DNA of 64,000 bases from Synechococcus sp. (GTDB lineage Bacteria; Cyanobacteriota; Cyanobacteriia; Thermostichales; PCC-7336). The position numbers were made by a program, and so were the translations under genes. The notes under the pieces were generated by a model that saw only the letters and a list, made by a program, of their open reading frames with translations, was not told the origin of the DNA and searched no databases. The stretch is from the NCBI GenBank assembly GCA_051439605.1, contig JBFRWN010000070.1, forward strand, positions 16,168 to 80,167. Direction: 5' to 3'. Below are positions 52,071 through 61,885 of this stretch, piece after piece (position 1 is the stretch's first letter; each line of letters begins with the position of its first letter).

Positions 52071-53378
52071 GTGTTGACACGGTCTGCTTTGTTTGGGTTG
52101 ATGAAAGATTCTGTCTCTGGAAATGGTTTGTATTTGTTGAATGTTATGTATTTGAAGGTGCTGGCAACGGGGGTGTTCGCTGCGATCGCCGGATTGACTC
52201 TGCTGAAAGGAGCCTGGGCTCAACCAGATACCTCTTTGGGGAAAGAACCGGTTATTTCTCGAAGAGGAATCGAACTCGTATCCGATGTCGATGTAGCGGA
52301 GGTAGTATCTGGATTTAAACACCCCTGGGGCATGGCCTGGCTGCCATCTGAGTTAGCCGCGCATGAGAATGCGCGATTGGCAGGTGCAATCTTAATTACT
52401 GAGCGTGGGGGTGGGCTGTGGTTGGTGAATCCAGAAGATGCCAGCACTGACGAGGTAGAGGGGGTACCAAACATTTATGTAGACGGTCAGGGGGGATTGC
52501 TAGATGTGGTGGCTCACCCCCAGTTTGCGAGCAATGGCTGGGTCTATTTTTCCTATTCTGATGGCAGCAGAGCCGCTAACTCTACCCACGTGGCACGCGC
52601 CAGATTGACCGGTACAGTGCTGAAGGACTGGACGGTGCTCTTTCAGGTGTCTCAACTGAAGTCGAAGGCTCAGCATTTTGGTTCGCGGTTGAGTTGGCTC
52701 CCCGATGGCACCCTTCTCGTGTCAATCGGAGATGGCGGCAATCCTCCCATAAGTTTGGATGGAGCGTTCATTCGGCTACAGGCCCAGAACCTGAATAGCC
52801 ATTTGGGCAAGATTCTTCGTATCAACGATGACGGGACCGTTCCAGCCGATAATCCTTGGGTTGACAATCCTGAAACGCAACCTCAGTTGTGGAGCTACGG
52901 TCATCGCAATATTCAGGGGATGACAGTTGATGCCGTCACCGGCCAGGTGTGGGCCACAGAGCATGGAGCCCGAGGGGGGGACGAACTCAACACGATCGTC
53001 CCCCGGAGCAATTATGGTTGGCCGGAGGTATCATACAGCCGCGAATATTCCAACAATCAGCCCGTAGCCCCCGTAGAACGGCGAGGGGATGTGATGGATC
53101 CCAAGCTGGTTTGGATTCCTTCAATTGCCCCCTCGGGACTAGAAATCTATCGAGGGGATCGTGTGCAGGAATGGCAGGGAGACTTATTTGCGGGGGGGTT
53201 GGTGTCTCGGGATGTACGCCACATTGAAGTGGATGGTTCGGGGGTAGTAGTTCGAGAGCGATCGATTCCGATTGGGGAGAGGGTGCGGGACGTGAAAGAA
53301 GGACCGGATGGCTTTTTGTACGTACTAACAGATGAGTCCAACGGTCGGTTGTTGAGGCTTCAACCTCAACTGCCTTAG
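52071..53378 (+). CDS. PQQ-dependent sugar dehydrogenase (GSDH family), exported; start may be downstream
   Basis: HPWGMA, GQGGLLDV, HFGSRL, GHRNIQG, EHG.RGGDELN and R.RDV..GPDG. Confidence 0.92.
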   Translation: MLTRSALFGLMKDSVSGNGLYLLNVMYLKVLATGVFAAIAGLTLLKGAWAQPDTSLGKEPVISRRGIELVSDVDVAEVVSGFKHPWGMAWLPSELAAHENARLAGAILITERGGGLWLVNPEDASTDEVEGVPNIYVDGQGGLLDVVAHPQFASNGWVYFSYSDGSRAANSTHVARARLTGTVLKDWTVLFQVSQLKSKAQHFGSRLSWLPDGTLLVSIGDGGNPPISLDGAFIRLQAQNLNSHLGKILRINDDGTVPADNPWVDNPETQPQLWSYGHRNIQGMTVDAVTGQVWATEHGARGGDELNTIVPRSNYGWPEVSYSREYSNNQPVAPVERRGDVMDPKLVWIPSIAPSGLEIYRGDRVQEWQGDLFAGGLVSRDVRHIEVDGSGVVVRERSIPIGERVRDVKEGPDGFLYVLTDESNGRLLRLQPQLP

Positions 53379-53696
53379 ACATTCGTTGGAGTCAACACTG
53401 TCTTTCGGGATGGGCTCTCACTCCTTAAGCAGGCAAGGATTGAGATGAACCGTTATAACGCCTGCTTGGGGTAGTGTTATGGGTCTCTAGAAACGAGTCA
53501 AACCAAAACCCCATAGGTTCGAAACAAAAGTTAATCAAGACTTCAGGATTGCACATATATCGAAGAAAACATTAAAGCTGGGCCAGTAAATTGAGACTTT
53601 TTCTACAGTGATCGTAAAGGCAGTGACTTGAGGGTTTGAGTTTCGTTTCTTTAGTAAACGCGAAATTAAGACTCCTTTCTGCCGTATGCCCTACCT

Positions 53697-54698
53697 TTGC
53701 GCGCTGTTATGCAAAACACCTATGTGTCTGAAACTGAAGCCTGCGTATCCTCGCAAGTTGGGTCGGTTGAGGTCAATGAAACGGCTGTGAATGAAACGCT
53801 CTCGGCCCGATTCCGTTACTGCATATTTGTGCTAGCCGGATTGACGTTCTTCCTGATGGCTCTCGGGAGTGCCACCCGCGTTATGAATGCCGGCCTTTCA
53901 TGTCCAGATTGGCCCCTATGTTACGGAGAATTAGTCCCCCGCAACCAGATGAATCTGCAGGTCTTTTTGGAGTGGTTTCATCGAGTCGTGGCCACCACTG
54001 TCGGCCTGAGCGCGATCGCGCTGGTTGGCAGTAGTTGGAGCTTGCGAAAGTCTTTACCCTTATGGATGCCTTGGGCCTCGCTGGGGGCACTGGGGTTGGT
54101 GATTTTTCAAGGGGTTCTAGGGGGCTTAACCGTCACAGAGCTACTGCGCTTTGACATCGTCACTGCCCATTTGGGGACTGGGTTGCTATTCTTTAGCCTG
54201 CTTTTGAGCATTGCCGTCAGCCTCATTCCCATCTCTTCATCTGTGGGAATTAGCCCTTATCTTCCGTGGGTAGGGGCGATCGCCACACTGACTATTTACG
54301 GTCAAAGTATTTTGGGGGCTTTGGTAGCCTCCCAGTGGGCGTTACACCTGTGCTTTGGAGAATCAGAACTTTGCGGTGTGATGAATGCTCATTTGATCGG
54401 CATCTTGCCCGCGGCAACGGCCACTGTGGCCGTCGCCATTGCGACTTGGCGAGCTAATGCAAAAACAGATTGGCTGCAGCGGCTATCTTTTCTTGCCAGC
54501 CTACTTTTGATCGCCCAATTATCTGTTGGCTTTGCGACCTACAAACTGCACCTACAGGTCGAACCCCTGACCGTAACCCACCAAGCCATCGGAGCTGCGT
54601 TGTTGGGAACTTTGTTGAGCTTCACAGTTTTGTCTTGGCGACAGCGCCTTCACTCTTCTACCGAAAGTTCCGAAGCTGCAGCATCTGTGTCTGCATAA
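53697..54698 (+). CDS. ctaA: Heme A synthase
   Basis: AGLSCPDWPLC, EWFHR, TAHL and VTHQ. Confidence 0.93.
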   Translation: MRAVMQNTYVSETEACVSSQVGSVEVNETAVNETLSARFRYCIFVLAGLTFFLMALGSATRVMNAGLSCPDWPLCYGELVPRNQMNLQVFLEWFHRVVATTVGLSAIALVGSSWSLRKSLPLWMPWASLGALGLVIFQGVLGGLTVTELLRFDIVTAHLGTGLLFFSLLLSIAVSLIPISSSVGISPYLPWVGAIATLTIYGQSILGALVASQWALHLCFGESELCGVMNAHLIGILPAATATVAVAIATWRANAKTDWLQRLSFLASLLLIAQLSVGFATYKLHLQVEPLTVTHQAIGAALLGTLLSFTVLSWRQRLHSSTESSEAAASVSA

Positions 54699-54786
54699 TT
54701 TGCTGAGAAAGAGCCCCTAAGTCCTCCGTGACATTTCCTCTCTGACGACGCCTGTGCCTGGAACTAGAGGGGGCTATCCCAACTGA

Positions 54787-55821
54787 ATGTCTGCAGCCAT
54801 CGCTCGAACAGTGCTGGAATTTAGCTCCAAGCAACCCATTTATTTCTTGAATCTTATGTTTGACACCACAATTTCGGGGTCTAGCCGAGTTAATCGAACC
54901 TTAGGTCAGGTACTCGAAAGCTATTACCAACTCACCAAACCTCGCATCATTGTTTTGCTGTTGATCACCACTGCTGGTGGCATGTGGGTGGCGGGAGGCG
55001 CAACAGTCGACCCCCTGCTCATGCTCGTGACATTGCTGGGGGGAGCCCTAGCTTCGGCATCCGCCAATACGATTAATTGCTGGTACGACCGGGATATTGA
55101 TTACGACATGGAGCGTACCCGCCATCGGCCTCTTCCTTCTGGCCGAGTCAGTCCCCGAGATGCCTTGCTGTTTGCAGGAGTATTGGCGATCGCCTCGTTC
55201 TCGTTGTTATCCACCTACGCTAACCTGCTGGCCGCCATGCTAGCCATGTCTGGGATTGCCGTTTACGTGTTTGTTTACACGCTGTGGTTGAAGCGAACCA
55301 GCACCCAAAACATTGTGATTGGTGGTGCTGCCGGAGCTATTCCCCCATTAGTGGGCTGGGCTGCAGTAACTGGGGGGTTGGATTGGGGTGCATGGGTCCT
55401 ATTCGCGGTTATCTTGTTGTGGACCCCTCCACATTTTTGGGCTTTGGCGCTCATGATGCGGGATGAATACGCCTTGGTGAACGTACCGATGTTGCCAGTG
55501 GTGGTTGGAGATAAGGCCACCGTACAGCAGATGATGGTTTATACGCTATTTACTGTACCTGCCACCTTCTTGCTGGTGTTCCCGCTGCATCAACTGGGGT
55601 GGGTGTATGCCTTGGCAGCATTTGTGTTGGGTGAAGTCTTTATTCGCAAGAACTGGTACTTATTGCAGGACCCAGGGAACCAGGATCTGGCGCGATCGTT
55701 GTTTAAATATTCCCTTTATTACCTAATGCTGTTGTGCTTTGCAATGGGGATTGACTCTCTGCCAATCGTTCACCAGACCACCAGTCAGTTCATTAATGCC
55801 ATCCAGGCGGTACTCGCTTAA
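54787..55821 (+). CDS. ctaB: Protoheme IX farnesyltransferase (heme O synthase); start probably 54856
   Basis: [30 protein letters not shown] and WTPPHFWAL. Confidence 0.96.
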   Translation: MSAAIARTVLEFSSKQPIYFLNLMFDTTISGSSRVNRTLGQVLESYYQLTKPRIIVLLLITTAGGMWVAGGATVDPLLMLVTLLGGALASASANTINCWYDRDIDYDMERTRHRPLPSGRVSPRDALLFAGVLAIASFSLLSTYANLLAAMLAMSGIAVYVFVYTLWLKRTSTQNIVIGGAAGAIPPLVGWAAVTGGLDWGAWVLFAVILLWTPPHFWALALMMRDEYALVNVPMLPVVVGDKATVQQMMVYTLFTVPATFLLVFPLHQLGWVYALAAFVLGEVFIRKNWYLLQDPGNQDLARSLFKYSLYYLMLLCFAMGIDSLPIVHQTTSQFINAIQAVLA

Positions 55822-55940
55822 CGGGAGTTGACCCATCCACACCGGACCTCCCTGAAGGACGGTTCGTCACCCACAATTTTGAAGTTGTGCATTCCAATCC
55901 TCTGATTTGCATGGTTCGCAACAGCGGAGCAAAGGCAACC

Positions 55941-55986
55941 CCCCCGATCTCGCTAATCTAAGCGGGGTCAGGGATTTTTTTATTTT
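55941..55986 (+). terminator. Hairpin plus T-tract; terminator of ctaB or of a short upstream RNA
   Basis: CCCCGATCTCGCT-AATCTA-AGCGGGGTCAGGG followed by ATTTTTTT. Confidence 0.6.
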
Positions 55987-56098
55987 GATACAGATATCTT
56001 CAATTTACTTAGTAAATGTTGCTGGATTTTGGCAAAAACCGGGAAACTTATGCTCAGGTGCGAATGAGGGATGTCAAGCTGTTCAGCCCGGATGGGAC

Positions 56099-56323
56099 AT
56101 GCGATTGACTCCAAAGACAGACATAGGTATTGAGGCATATCAAGACGCGGTTCGCTACGAGTTATTTGGCGCGCGGTTGAGGATGTATATCAACATCGAA
56201 TCAGTTGACCGGCATCAACCAATCGCGGAGCAGCTGCAGGAATGGCACGGCCGCCTGCTTCACCGGCATCGCATAATGGACGATCTCCTAGAGATGCTCT
56301 CCGCCCTCGATCCCATTCAGTAA
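56099..56323 (+). CDS. Small hypothetical protein
   Basis: 74-aa helical-looking ORF from MRLTPK; the upstream extension in the track overlaps the terminator. Confidence 0.45.
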   Translation: MRLTPKTDIGIEAYQDAVRYELFGARLRMYINIESVDRHQPIAEQLQEWHGRLLHRHRIMDDLLEMLSALDPIQ

Positions 56324-56433
56324 TCCAGACTCCAGTCAAAGGGATACTGGCCAATATTGGGGCTTTCTCAGCCCAGTAAGGAAGTTAGACTGATACCGTA
56401 GCATTTTGTCTGTAGGTCTATAACCATCCTGCC

Positions 56434-56940
56434 GTGACCGTTCTGGCGACATCCTTCAAAACGTGGTTGCCTCACCAACCCACCAATAGCTCGGACGATC
56501 TACTGGGTCTATTGAAAAGCAGCCCCAGTGGCGAATTTGTTACTTGTCTGCGCAAACTTCCAGTTCACTCCGAGCGCGCCTGCGAATCAATTGTTTCTGC
56601 CATTTCCCGACAGGAAACCAGGTTACTACTCTGTTGCGGCATGGCAGAGGGGCGACAGCGACTCAATCTAGAACAATTTGCTCGCAACGGGAGCTCGCGC
56701 TTATCCACCACTCTTCCGCTAGCTGAGGTGGCTGCATCCCTCCCCAATACCTGTATCAGTTACGACGCAGGCAACTTTGTGTGCAACGAAACTTATTATC
56801 GTCTCCTCCATTTCACGCAAAACCATCGCCCACAGACCCAAGTATTGTTTGTTCACGTACCTGTTTTAACCCCAGAGAACCATCCACCCTTGCTGGACGA
56901 TTTCTGTAGCTTGATCTCCACCCTGAAGTTATCCCTCTGA
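56434..56940 (+). CDS. Pyroglutamyl-peptidase I (C15)-like protein
   Basis: TSF...NSS, LNLE, SYDAGNFVCN and FVHVP (Glu-Cys-His triad). Confidence 0.85.
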   Translation: MTVLATSFKTWLPHQPTNSSDDLLGLLKSSPSGEFVTCLRKLPVHSERACESIVSAISRQETRLLLCCGMAEGRQRLNLEQFARNGSSRLSTTLPLAEVAASLPNTCISYDAGNFVCNETYYRLLHFTQNHRPQTQVLFVHVPVLTPENHPPLLDDFCSLISTLKLSL

Positions 56941-57237
56941 AGCCTGTTAAATCAACGGCCTGGGATAGTGCACGCACTATCCTTTCTCGTGTTGCTTGCA
57001 TGCCTTCTGCCCGGTCAAAACCTTAACCAAAATCTATACCTCAAGATATTTGCCCCCTTTAAACGGCACATTTCATTAGTGATTTAAACAATCAATTACA
57101 TCATTTATGATTAATAATCATTTTTTTACATTCTCTGTGCTTGGGGCCAGATATGGCCTTAGGGCCGTTCAGCTGGCATGAGCTTCTGCAGTTTTGTCAA
57201 CCCCTCGATGGATAATCCCCTCTTGCTTCATGTCTCC

Positions 57238-57283
57238 TTAAGCAAGGCTAATCGATTGTATAAATAAAATAATATTTGCTTAA
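57238..57283 (+). promoter_or_regulatory. Possible LysR (CbbR/RbcR-type) operator upstream of rbcL
   Basis: Inverted TTAAGCAA...TTGCTTAA and two TNA-N7-TNA boxes (57239-57251, 57270-57282) in AT-rich DNA. Confidence 0.4.
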
Positions 57284-57567
57284 TTTCGAAGAATGATAGG
57301 TTTTGTGTGACCCGATTAGTGATAGCTCATTAATGCTGCACTAAGAGCGAAATGCGCATCGAGTCGAGGGTGATTCTCAGAGCGCAACAGTTCGTTACGC
57401 GATTTGATTTCCCGAAATTGAGCGAAATTGACGTTAACCCTCACCTGAGAGTTACCAAAACTTCATTGCTCAAAGTGTTGTCAAACTGTTCTGGATTGGG
57501 CAGATTGCCTGCTCCGTTCCTACATTTGCAGCTTCACAGTATTGAGTGGCTTACGAGGAAGTAAGAC

Positions 57568-59001
57568 GTGTCTTATTCACAAACTAGAACTCAGAGTAAA
57601 GCAGCCGGTTTTGAGTCCGGCGTTAAGGACTACAAACTTACCTACTACACCCCTGATTACACGCCCAAGGACACCGACATTCTGGCGGCCTTCCGTGTTA
57701 CCCCTCAACCGGGTGTACCCATCGAAGAGGCAGCCGCGGCTGTAGCTGCTGAATCGTCTACCGGTACCTGGACAACGGTGTGGACTGACCTGCTCACCGA
57801 CCTAGATCGCTACAAAGGCCGTTGCTACGACATCGAGTCTATACCTGGCGAAGACAACCAATTCATCTGCTACATCGCCTACCCCCTCGACCTGTTCGAG
57901 GAAGGTTCTGTCACCAACCTATTGACCTCCATTGTTGGTAACGTATTTGGCTTTAAGGCTTTGCGTGCTCTTCGTCTAGAAGACTTGCGCATCCCCGTGG
58001 CTTACCTGAAGACCTTCCAAGGACCTCCCCACGGCATCACCGTAGAGCGCGACAAGATCAACAAGTACGGTCGTCCTCTGCTGGGTTGCACCATTAAGCC
58101 CAAGTTGGGTCTGTCGGCCAAGAACTACGGTCGTGCGGTATACGAATGCTTGCGCGGCGGTCTTGACTTCACCAAGGACGACGAAAACATCAACTCTCAG
58201 CCTTTCCAACGTTGGCGCGATCGCTTCTTGTTCGTCGCTGACGCGATTCACAAAGCACAGGCCGAGACCGGTGAAATCAAGGGTCACTACCTGAACGTCA
58301 CCGCCCACACCTGCGAAGAGATGCTGAAGCGAGCCGAGTTCGCCAAAGAGCTCGACATGCCCATCATCATGCATGACTTCCTGACCGCAGGTTTCACCGC
58401 TAACACCACCCTGTCCCATTGGTGCCGCGACAACGGCCTTCTGCTACACATTCACCGTGCAATGCACGCTGTCATTGACCGTCAGCGTAACCACGGTATG
58501 CACTTCCGAGTACTGGCTAAGTGCTTGCGCATGTCCGGTGGTGACCACATCCACACCGGTACCGTCGTTGGTAAGCTCGAGGGCGATCGCGAATCTACCT
58601 TGGGCTTCATCGACCTGCTGCGCGAAGACTACGTCGAGCGCGACCTATCTCGTGGTGTTTACTTCACCCAAGACTGGGCATCCATGGGCGGCGTTATGGC
58701 CGTTGCTTCTGGTGGTATCCACGTATGGCACATGCCTGCATTGGTTGACATCTTCGGTGACGACTCCGTACTGCAGTTCGGTGGTGGTACCTTGGGTCAC
58801 CCTTGGGGTAACGCACCGGGTGCAACCGCTAACCGCGTTGCTCTGGAAGCTTGCGTCCAGGCTCGTAACGAAGGTCGCGACCTCATGCGCGAAGGCGGCG
58901 ACATCATCCGAGAAGCTGCTAAGTGGTCTCCTGAACTGGCTGCCGCTTGCGAACTGTGGAAAGAAATCAAGTTCGAATTCGAGACGATGGACAAGCTGTA
59001 A
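57568..59001 (+). CDS. rbcL: RuBisCO large subunit, form IB
   Basis: [33 protein letters not shown] and [14 protein letters not shown]. Confidence 0.99.
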   Translation: MSYSQTRTQSKAAGFESGVKDYKLTYYTPDYTPKDTDILAAFRVTPQPGVPIEEAAAAVAAESSTGTWTTVWTDLLTDLDRYKGRCYDIESIPGEDNQFICYIAYPLDLFEEGSVTNLLTSIVGNVFGFKALRALRLEDLRIPVAYLKTFQGPPHGITVERDKINKYGRPLLGCTIKPKLGLSAKNYGRAVYECLRGGLDFTKDDENINSQPFQRWRDRFLFVADAIHKAQAETGEIKGHYLNVTAHTCEEMLKRAEFAKELDMPIIMHDFLTAGFTANTTLSHWCRDNGLLLHIHRAMHAVIDRQRNHGMHFRVLAKCLRMSGGDHIHTGTVVGKLEGDRESTLGFIDLLREDYVERDLSRGVYFTQDWASMGGVMAVASGGIHVWHMPALVDIFGDDSVLQFGGGTLGHPWGNAPGATANRVALEACVQARNEGRDLMREGGDIIREAAKWSPELAAACELWKEIKFEFETMDKL

Positions 59002-59107
59002 AGCTAACGTCACGGTGGGTTGTTCGGAACTTGTCCCGAACAACCCTCGGGTTACAAGGGGGGGGTTCTGCTTTTCCGCTGCGGCATAACTGCATCCGCA
59101 TTGTTCA

Positions 59108-59578
59108 ATGGATCGCAAACAAATCGCGAAAAAGACAGCCGAAGTTACCATCAGCTATCTAACCTATCAGGCGATGCGGACTGTGCAGGAGCAACTGCGC
59201 GAGGTCTATCCAGTCAAAGCGGTATGGCTCGGTCAGTTTTCCTCTCAAGGCAAGCTACAAAACGGCGAAGCCTATTTGGATGAACTCATGGCCGAAGATC
59301 GAGAAATTGCTCTGCGCATCATGACTGTGCGGCAGCATTTGGCCGATGAGATTGCTGAGTTTTTGCCAGAAATGGTGAGCCTTGGCATTCAGCAGGCCAA
59401 CATCGATCGCCGCCGCCGCCTATTGGAGCAGATGACGCAAGTGCAGCCCGCCACCGATGTGGCGCATGCAGAAGAGCAAGTACAGCCCCATCCGGAACTA
59501 ATGTCCGAATCTGACGACACTTCGGTGTCTACTGAGGCTTCCAGTGACCCAACCAATGCCGATGCTGAAGGCGATTGA
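59108..59578 (+). CDS. rbcX: RuBisCO assembly chaperone RbcX
   Basis: SYLTYQA.R...RIMTVR.HLA; lies between rbcL and rbcS. Confidence 0.96.
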   Translation: MDRKQIAKKTAEVTISYLTYQAMRTVQEQLREVYPVKAVWLGQFSSQGKLQNGEAYLDELMAEDREIALRIMTVRQHLADEIAEFLPEMVSLGIQQANIDRRRRLLEQMTQVQPATDVAHAEEQVQPHPELMSESDDTSVSTEASSDPTNADAEGD

Positions 59579-59641
59579 CGCTTACAGCTCCTAACTCTTC
59601 GAAAGACGACCCGTATTTTCATTACAAGGAGAATAGAGATC

Positions 59642-59971
59642 GTGCAAACTCTGCCTAAAGAGCGTCGTTATGAAACGATGTCTTATCTGCCCCCTCTGAG
59701 CGATGCTCAGATCGAGCGCCAGATTGCTTACTACCTCGACCAAGGGTTCATTCCCGCAGTTGAGTTTGACGAAACTGCTGACCCCACCACCTACTACTGG
59801 ACCTTGTGGAAGCTGCCCCTGTTTGGCGCTACCTCCACCCGCGAAGTTCTGCAGGAAGTCAACAACTGCCGTAACGAATACCGCAACTGCTTTATCCGCG
59901 TTGTGGCCTTCGACAACATCAAGCAGTGCCAAGTGGCTAGCTTCATTGTGAACAAGCCTTCTGGCTTCTAA
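59642..59971 (+). CDS. rbcS: RuBisCO small subunit
   Basis: [23 protein letters not shown] and [11 protein letters not shown]. Confidence 0.99.
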   Translation: MQTLPKERRYETMSYLPPLSDAQIERQIAYYLDQGFIPAVEFDETADPTTYYWTLWKLPLFGATSTREVLQEVNNCRNEYRNCFIRVVAFDNIKQCQVASFIVNKPSGF

Positions 59972-60047
59972 TCAACTGGGACAGTTCCCATTTGTGTGGG
60001 GTGCTTCTAGCGATCGCCCCAAGACACGACACTCGTAAGCACTAATG

Positions 60048-60092
60048 AATACTGGAGGAGCTTATCATTGGCTGCTCCAGTATTTGTTTTTT
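60048..60092 (+). terminator. rbcLXS intrinsic terminator
   Basis: AATACTGGAG...CTCCAGTATT followed by TGTTTTTT. Confidence 0.7.
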
Positions 60093-60350
60093 GGTCAGAT
60101 AATTGATGGACTTTGGTTGAACTATAGCGAGCATCAAGTCGTTAAGCCTGCAAACCGATAACCGATATGGGAGCGTATTTAATGAATGTGAAGCAGATAA
60201 TTTTTTGAGATTCACCATCATGGGAGAACGATCGTGTTCGTCATTCCCGAAACAAAACTATCGAATGTAACTTGGTTGAGTAATTTACGGAACATCATCT
60301 TTGGTCTGGTTATGAAACCATACTCAATGAATTGATTAACCTGCGACGCC

Positions 60351-60809
60351 ATGACCCTCTCAGATAATGCCGATGGATGCTCAAGCAATCAAACAGAAGA
60401 TCGAGCCTTCGTGATTGAAGTGATTGGCCAGCGTCCGACCGTTGAGTCTACCAACCTGAAAAACCCGATACGTCAAAGTGGTCGAACGGTGTTTAAAGTG
60501 CCCTACACCCGCATGAGCCGAGAGATCCGGAGAATTGTGCTGCAAGGAGGACAAATTCTGAGCATTCGTCCTTTGAGTGCTGGCGATAGGAGAGATAATT
60601 CATCTCAGAAAGAAGCAGATTGGTGGGTTAAAGTTACGACGCATCAGCCAAAACATCAATTCTATTTCGGTCCTTTCTGGACGCCCCATGAAGCTGAATC
60701 CCAGCAGCCAGGCTATGTGGAAGATTTACGCGAAGAAGGCGCTGAAGAAATCACCTTTGAGATTTGGCAGGGTCAACCTGAACAATTGACAATTGCCAAT
60801 TCAGCCTAA
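60351..60809 (+). CDS. CpcD-like phycobilisome linker domain fused to a DUF1816-like domain
   Basis: R.FVIEV.G...IRQSG...KVPYTRMS.E.RRI...GG.I.SI, then WWVKVTT.QP...YFGPF...GYVEDL..EGA. Confidence 0.8.
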   Translation: MTLSDNADGCSSNQTEDRAFVIEVIGQRPTVESTNLKNPIRQSGRTVFKVPYTRMSREIRRIVLQGGQILSIRPLSAGDRRDNSSQKEADWWVKVTTHQPKHQFYFGPFWTPHEAESQQPGYVEDLREEGAEEITFEIWQGQPEQLTIANSA

Positions 60810-60919
60810 CGGGCATTGTTTTTGCCACCACTGTTGGATCGTGCCGAACAAATTCGGCAACAACGTGCGCACGATCCGATACAACAAGACCCCATTGGCG
60901 GGCCTCATTCCATATCTGA

Positions 60920-61620
60920 CTGCTGAGATCGACTGGAAAAGGGACGACGCTGGACGACGCTGGTCGGCAAAATCCATCAGATGCCTGAAAATCCGCCCGT
61001 TTATGCTTCCAGGAGGAAACTGTCCCCCTGCATCCCTTTCACCTGAGTCCCAACCTGTTCATAACTCCACGCACTCATCAATAGTTTGGACTGGATAAAT
61101 GTGGAATTGGCGAGCAGATACAGCATCAATGACGTCTTGACGGGGCATCAAATGCTTGACATTGGCAGCTGGAATCAGAACCCCCCTTGCTTTCCTCGCA
61201 ATTGTCGTACCTTGTGATACTTGTCGCTCTCGAAGGCTTTGGGGATGGCTCTTTGGATTTCCTCCATGAGTCGATGGATATTTTTACGTAGCTTGTCAGC
61301 ACAACCTGCTGGCAGCTCTATCGCAACTGGTTTCCGAGGGATTGCAAAGTTGTTGACGTAACACCAGTCAGATGGCGTCGGCCTGTTTGCAGCCGTTTGT
61401 TTGATGAACTGTCGAACAAAGGTGTGTCGCCCCGTTCCAGAAGATCCCAGAACAAATAAGTTGTAGCCTTTTAAAGATTCACCCCAAAATGTAAGGCTGC
61501 AACCGCCCGATTTTGTCCCAACAACCCCTCGAAATCGGACAGCTCAGCAGTTGTTTCAGATGAAAATAGATTGGGGTCGCAAGACCAATACAAAGCTTTG
61601 GGAGAGCGCGCTTGGCCCAT
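60920..61620 (-). pseudogene. Lon-like (S16, AAA) ATP-dependent protease remnant with stops, frameshifts and a large internal deletion; left boundary approximate
   Basis: N-terminal LYWSCDP...LGQNRAVAALHFG / GYNLFVLG..GTGR / DWCYVNNF joined to C-terminal [14 protein letters not shown]...FHIYPV.TIDE...FPPGSIN. Confidence 0.8.
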
Positions 61621-61628
61621 TATCCTAA

Positions 61629-61885
61629 GAGAGTGTTTGAAAAGGTGCCTGACAGGATCGAGGGGTAGCATGGAGCCCCCAAATGTCTCGTCAATCCTAC
61701 GATACAGATTTGAGCGATGCCCATTGGCATCTTATCGACCCCTTTATTCCTCCTGCCAAACCGGGAGGCAGACCCCGCACAGTGAATATGCGAGAGGTTT
61801 TCAACGGCATTGTATATTTGCTCCGGGCTGGTTGTGCTTGGCGTTTGCTGCCGCATGACTTCCCGAAATGGCAAACGGTGTATTA
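61629..61885 (+). mobile_element. IS5-family (IS1031-like) element: left end and truncated transposase (61683-61883)
   Basis: TAA target followed by GAGAGTGTTTGAAAAG end; Y.TDLSD..W...GGRPR...[26 protein letters not shown]. Confidence 0.88.

Larger units (their letters stand above)
890..60017. repeat. HIP1 octamer GCGATCGC, highly iterated across the window
   Basis: Many copies inside and between genes (e.g. 890, 2273, 8654, 10391, 60010); none seen in the Tn3 segment 61886-63980. Confidence 0.95.

Noticed and set aside
53510..53530. GGTTCGAA as a tRNA T-loop
   Set aside because: No acceptor, D or anticodon stems around it.
57976..59151. Long alternative-frame and antisense ORFs over rbcL (and similar ones over other genes)
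   Set aside because: Shadow ORFs expected from codon bias; no protein motifs.
57568..59971. rbcLXS without adjacent ccm genes
   Set aside because: Separation of rbc and ccm loci is common in beta-cyanobacteria.
890..60017. GCGATCGC abundance as a novel repeat
   Set aside because: It is the well-known cyanobacterial HIP1.
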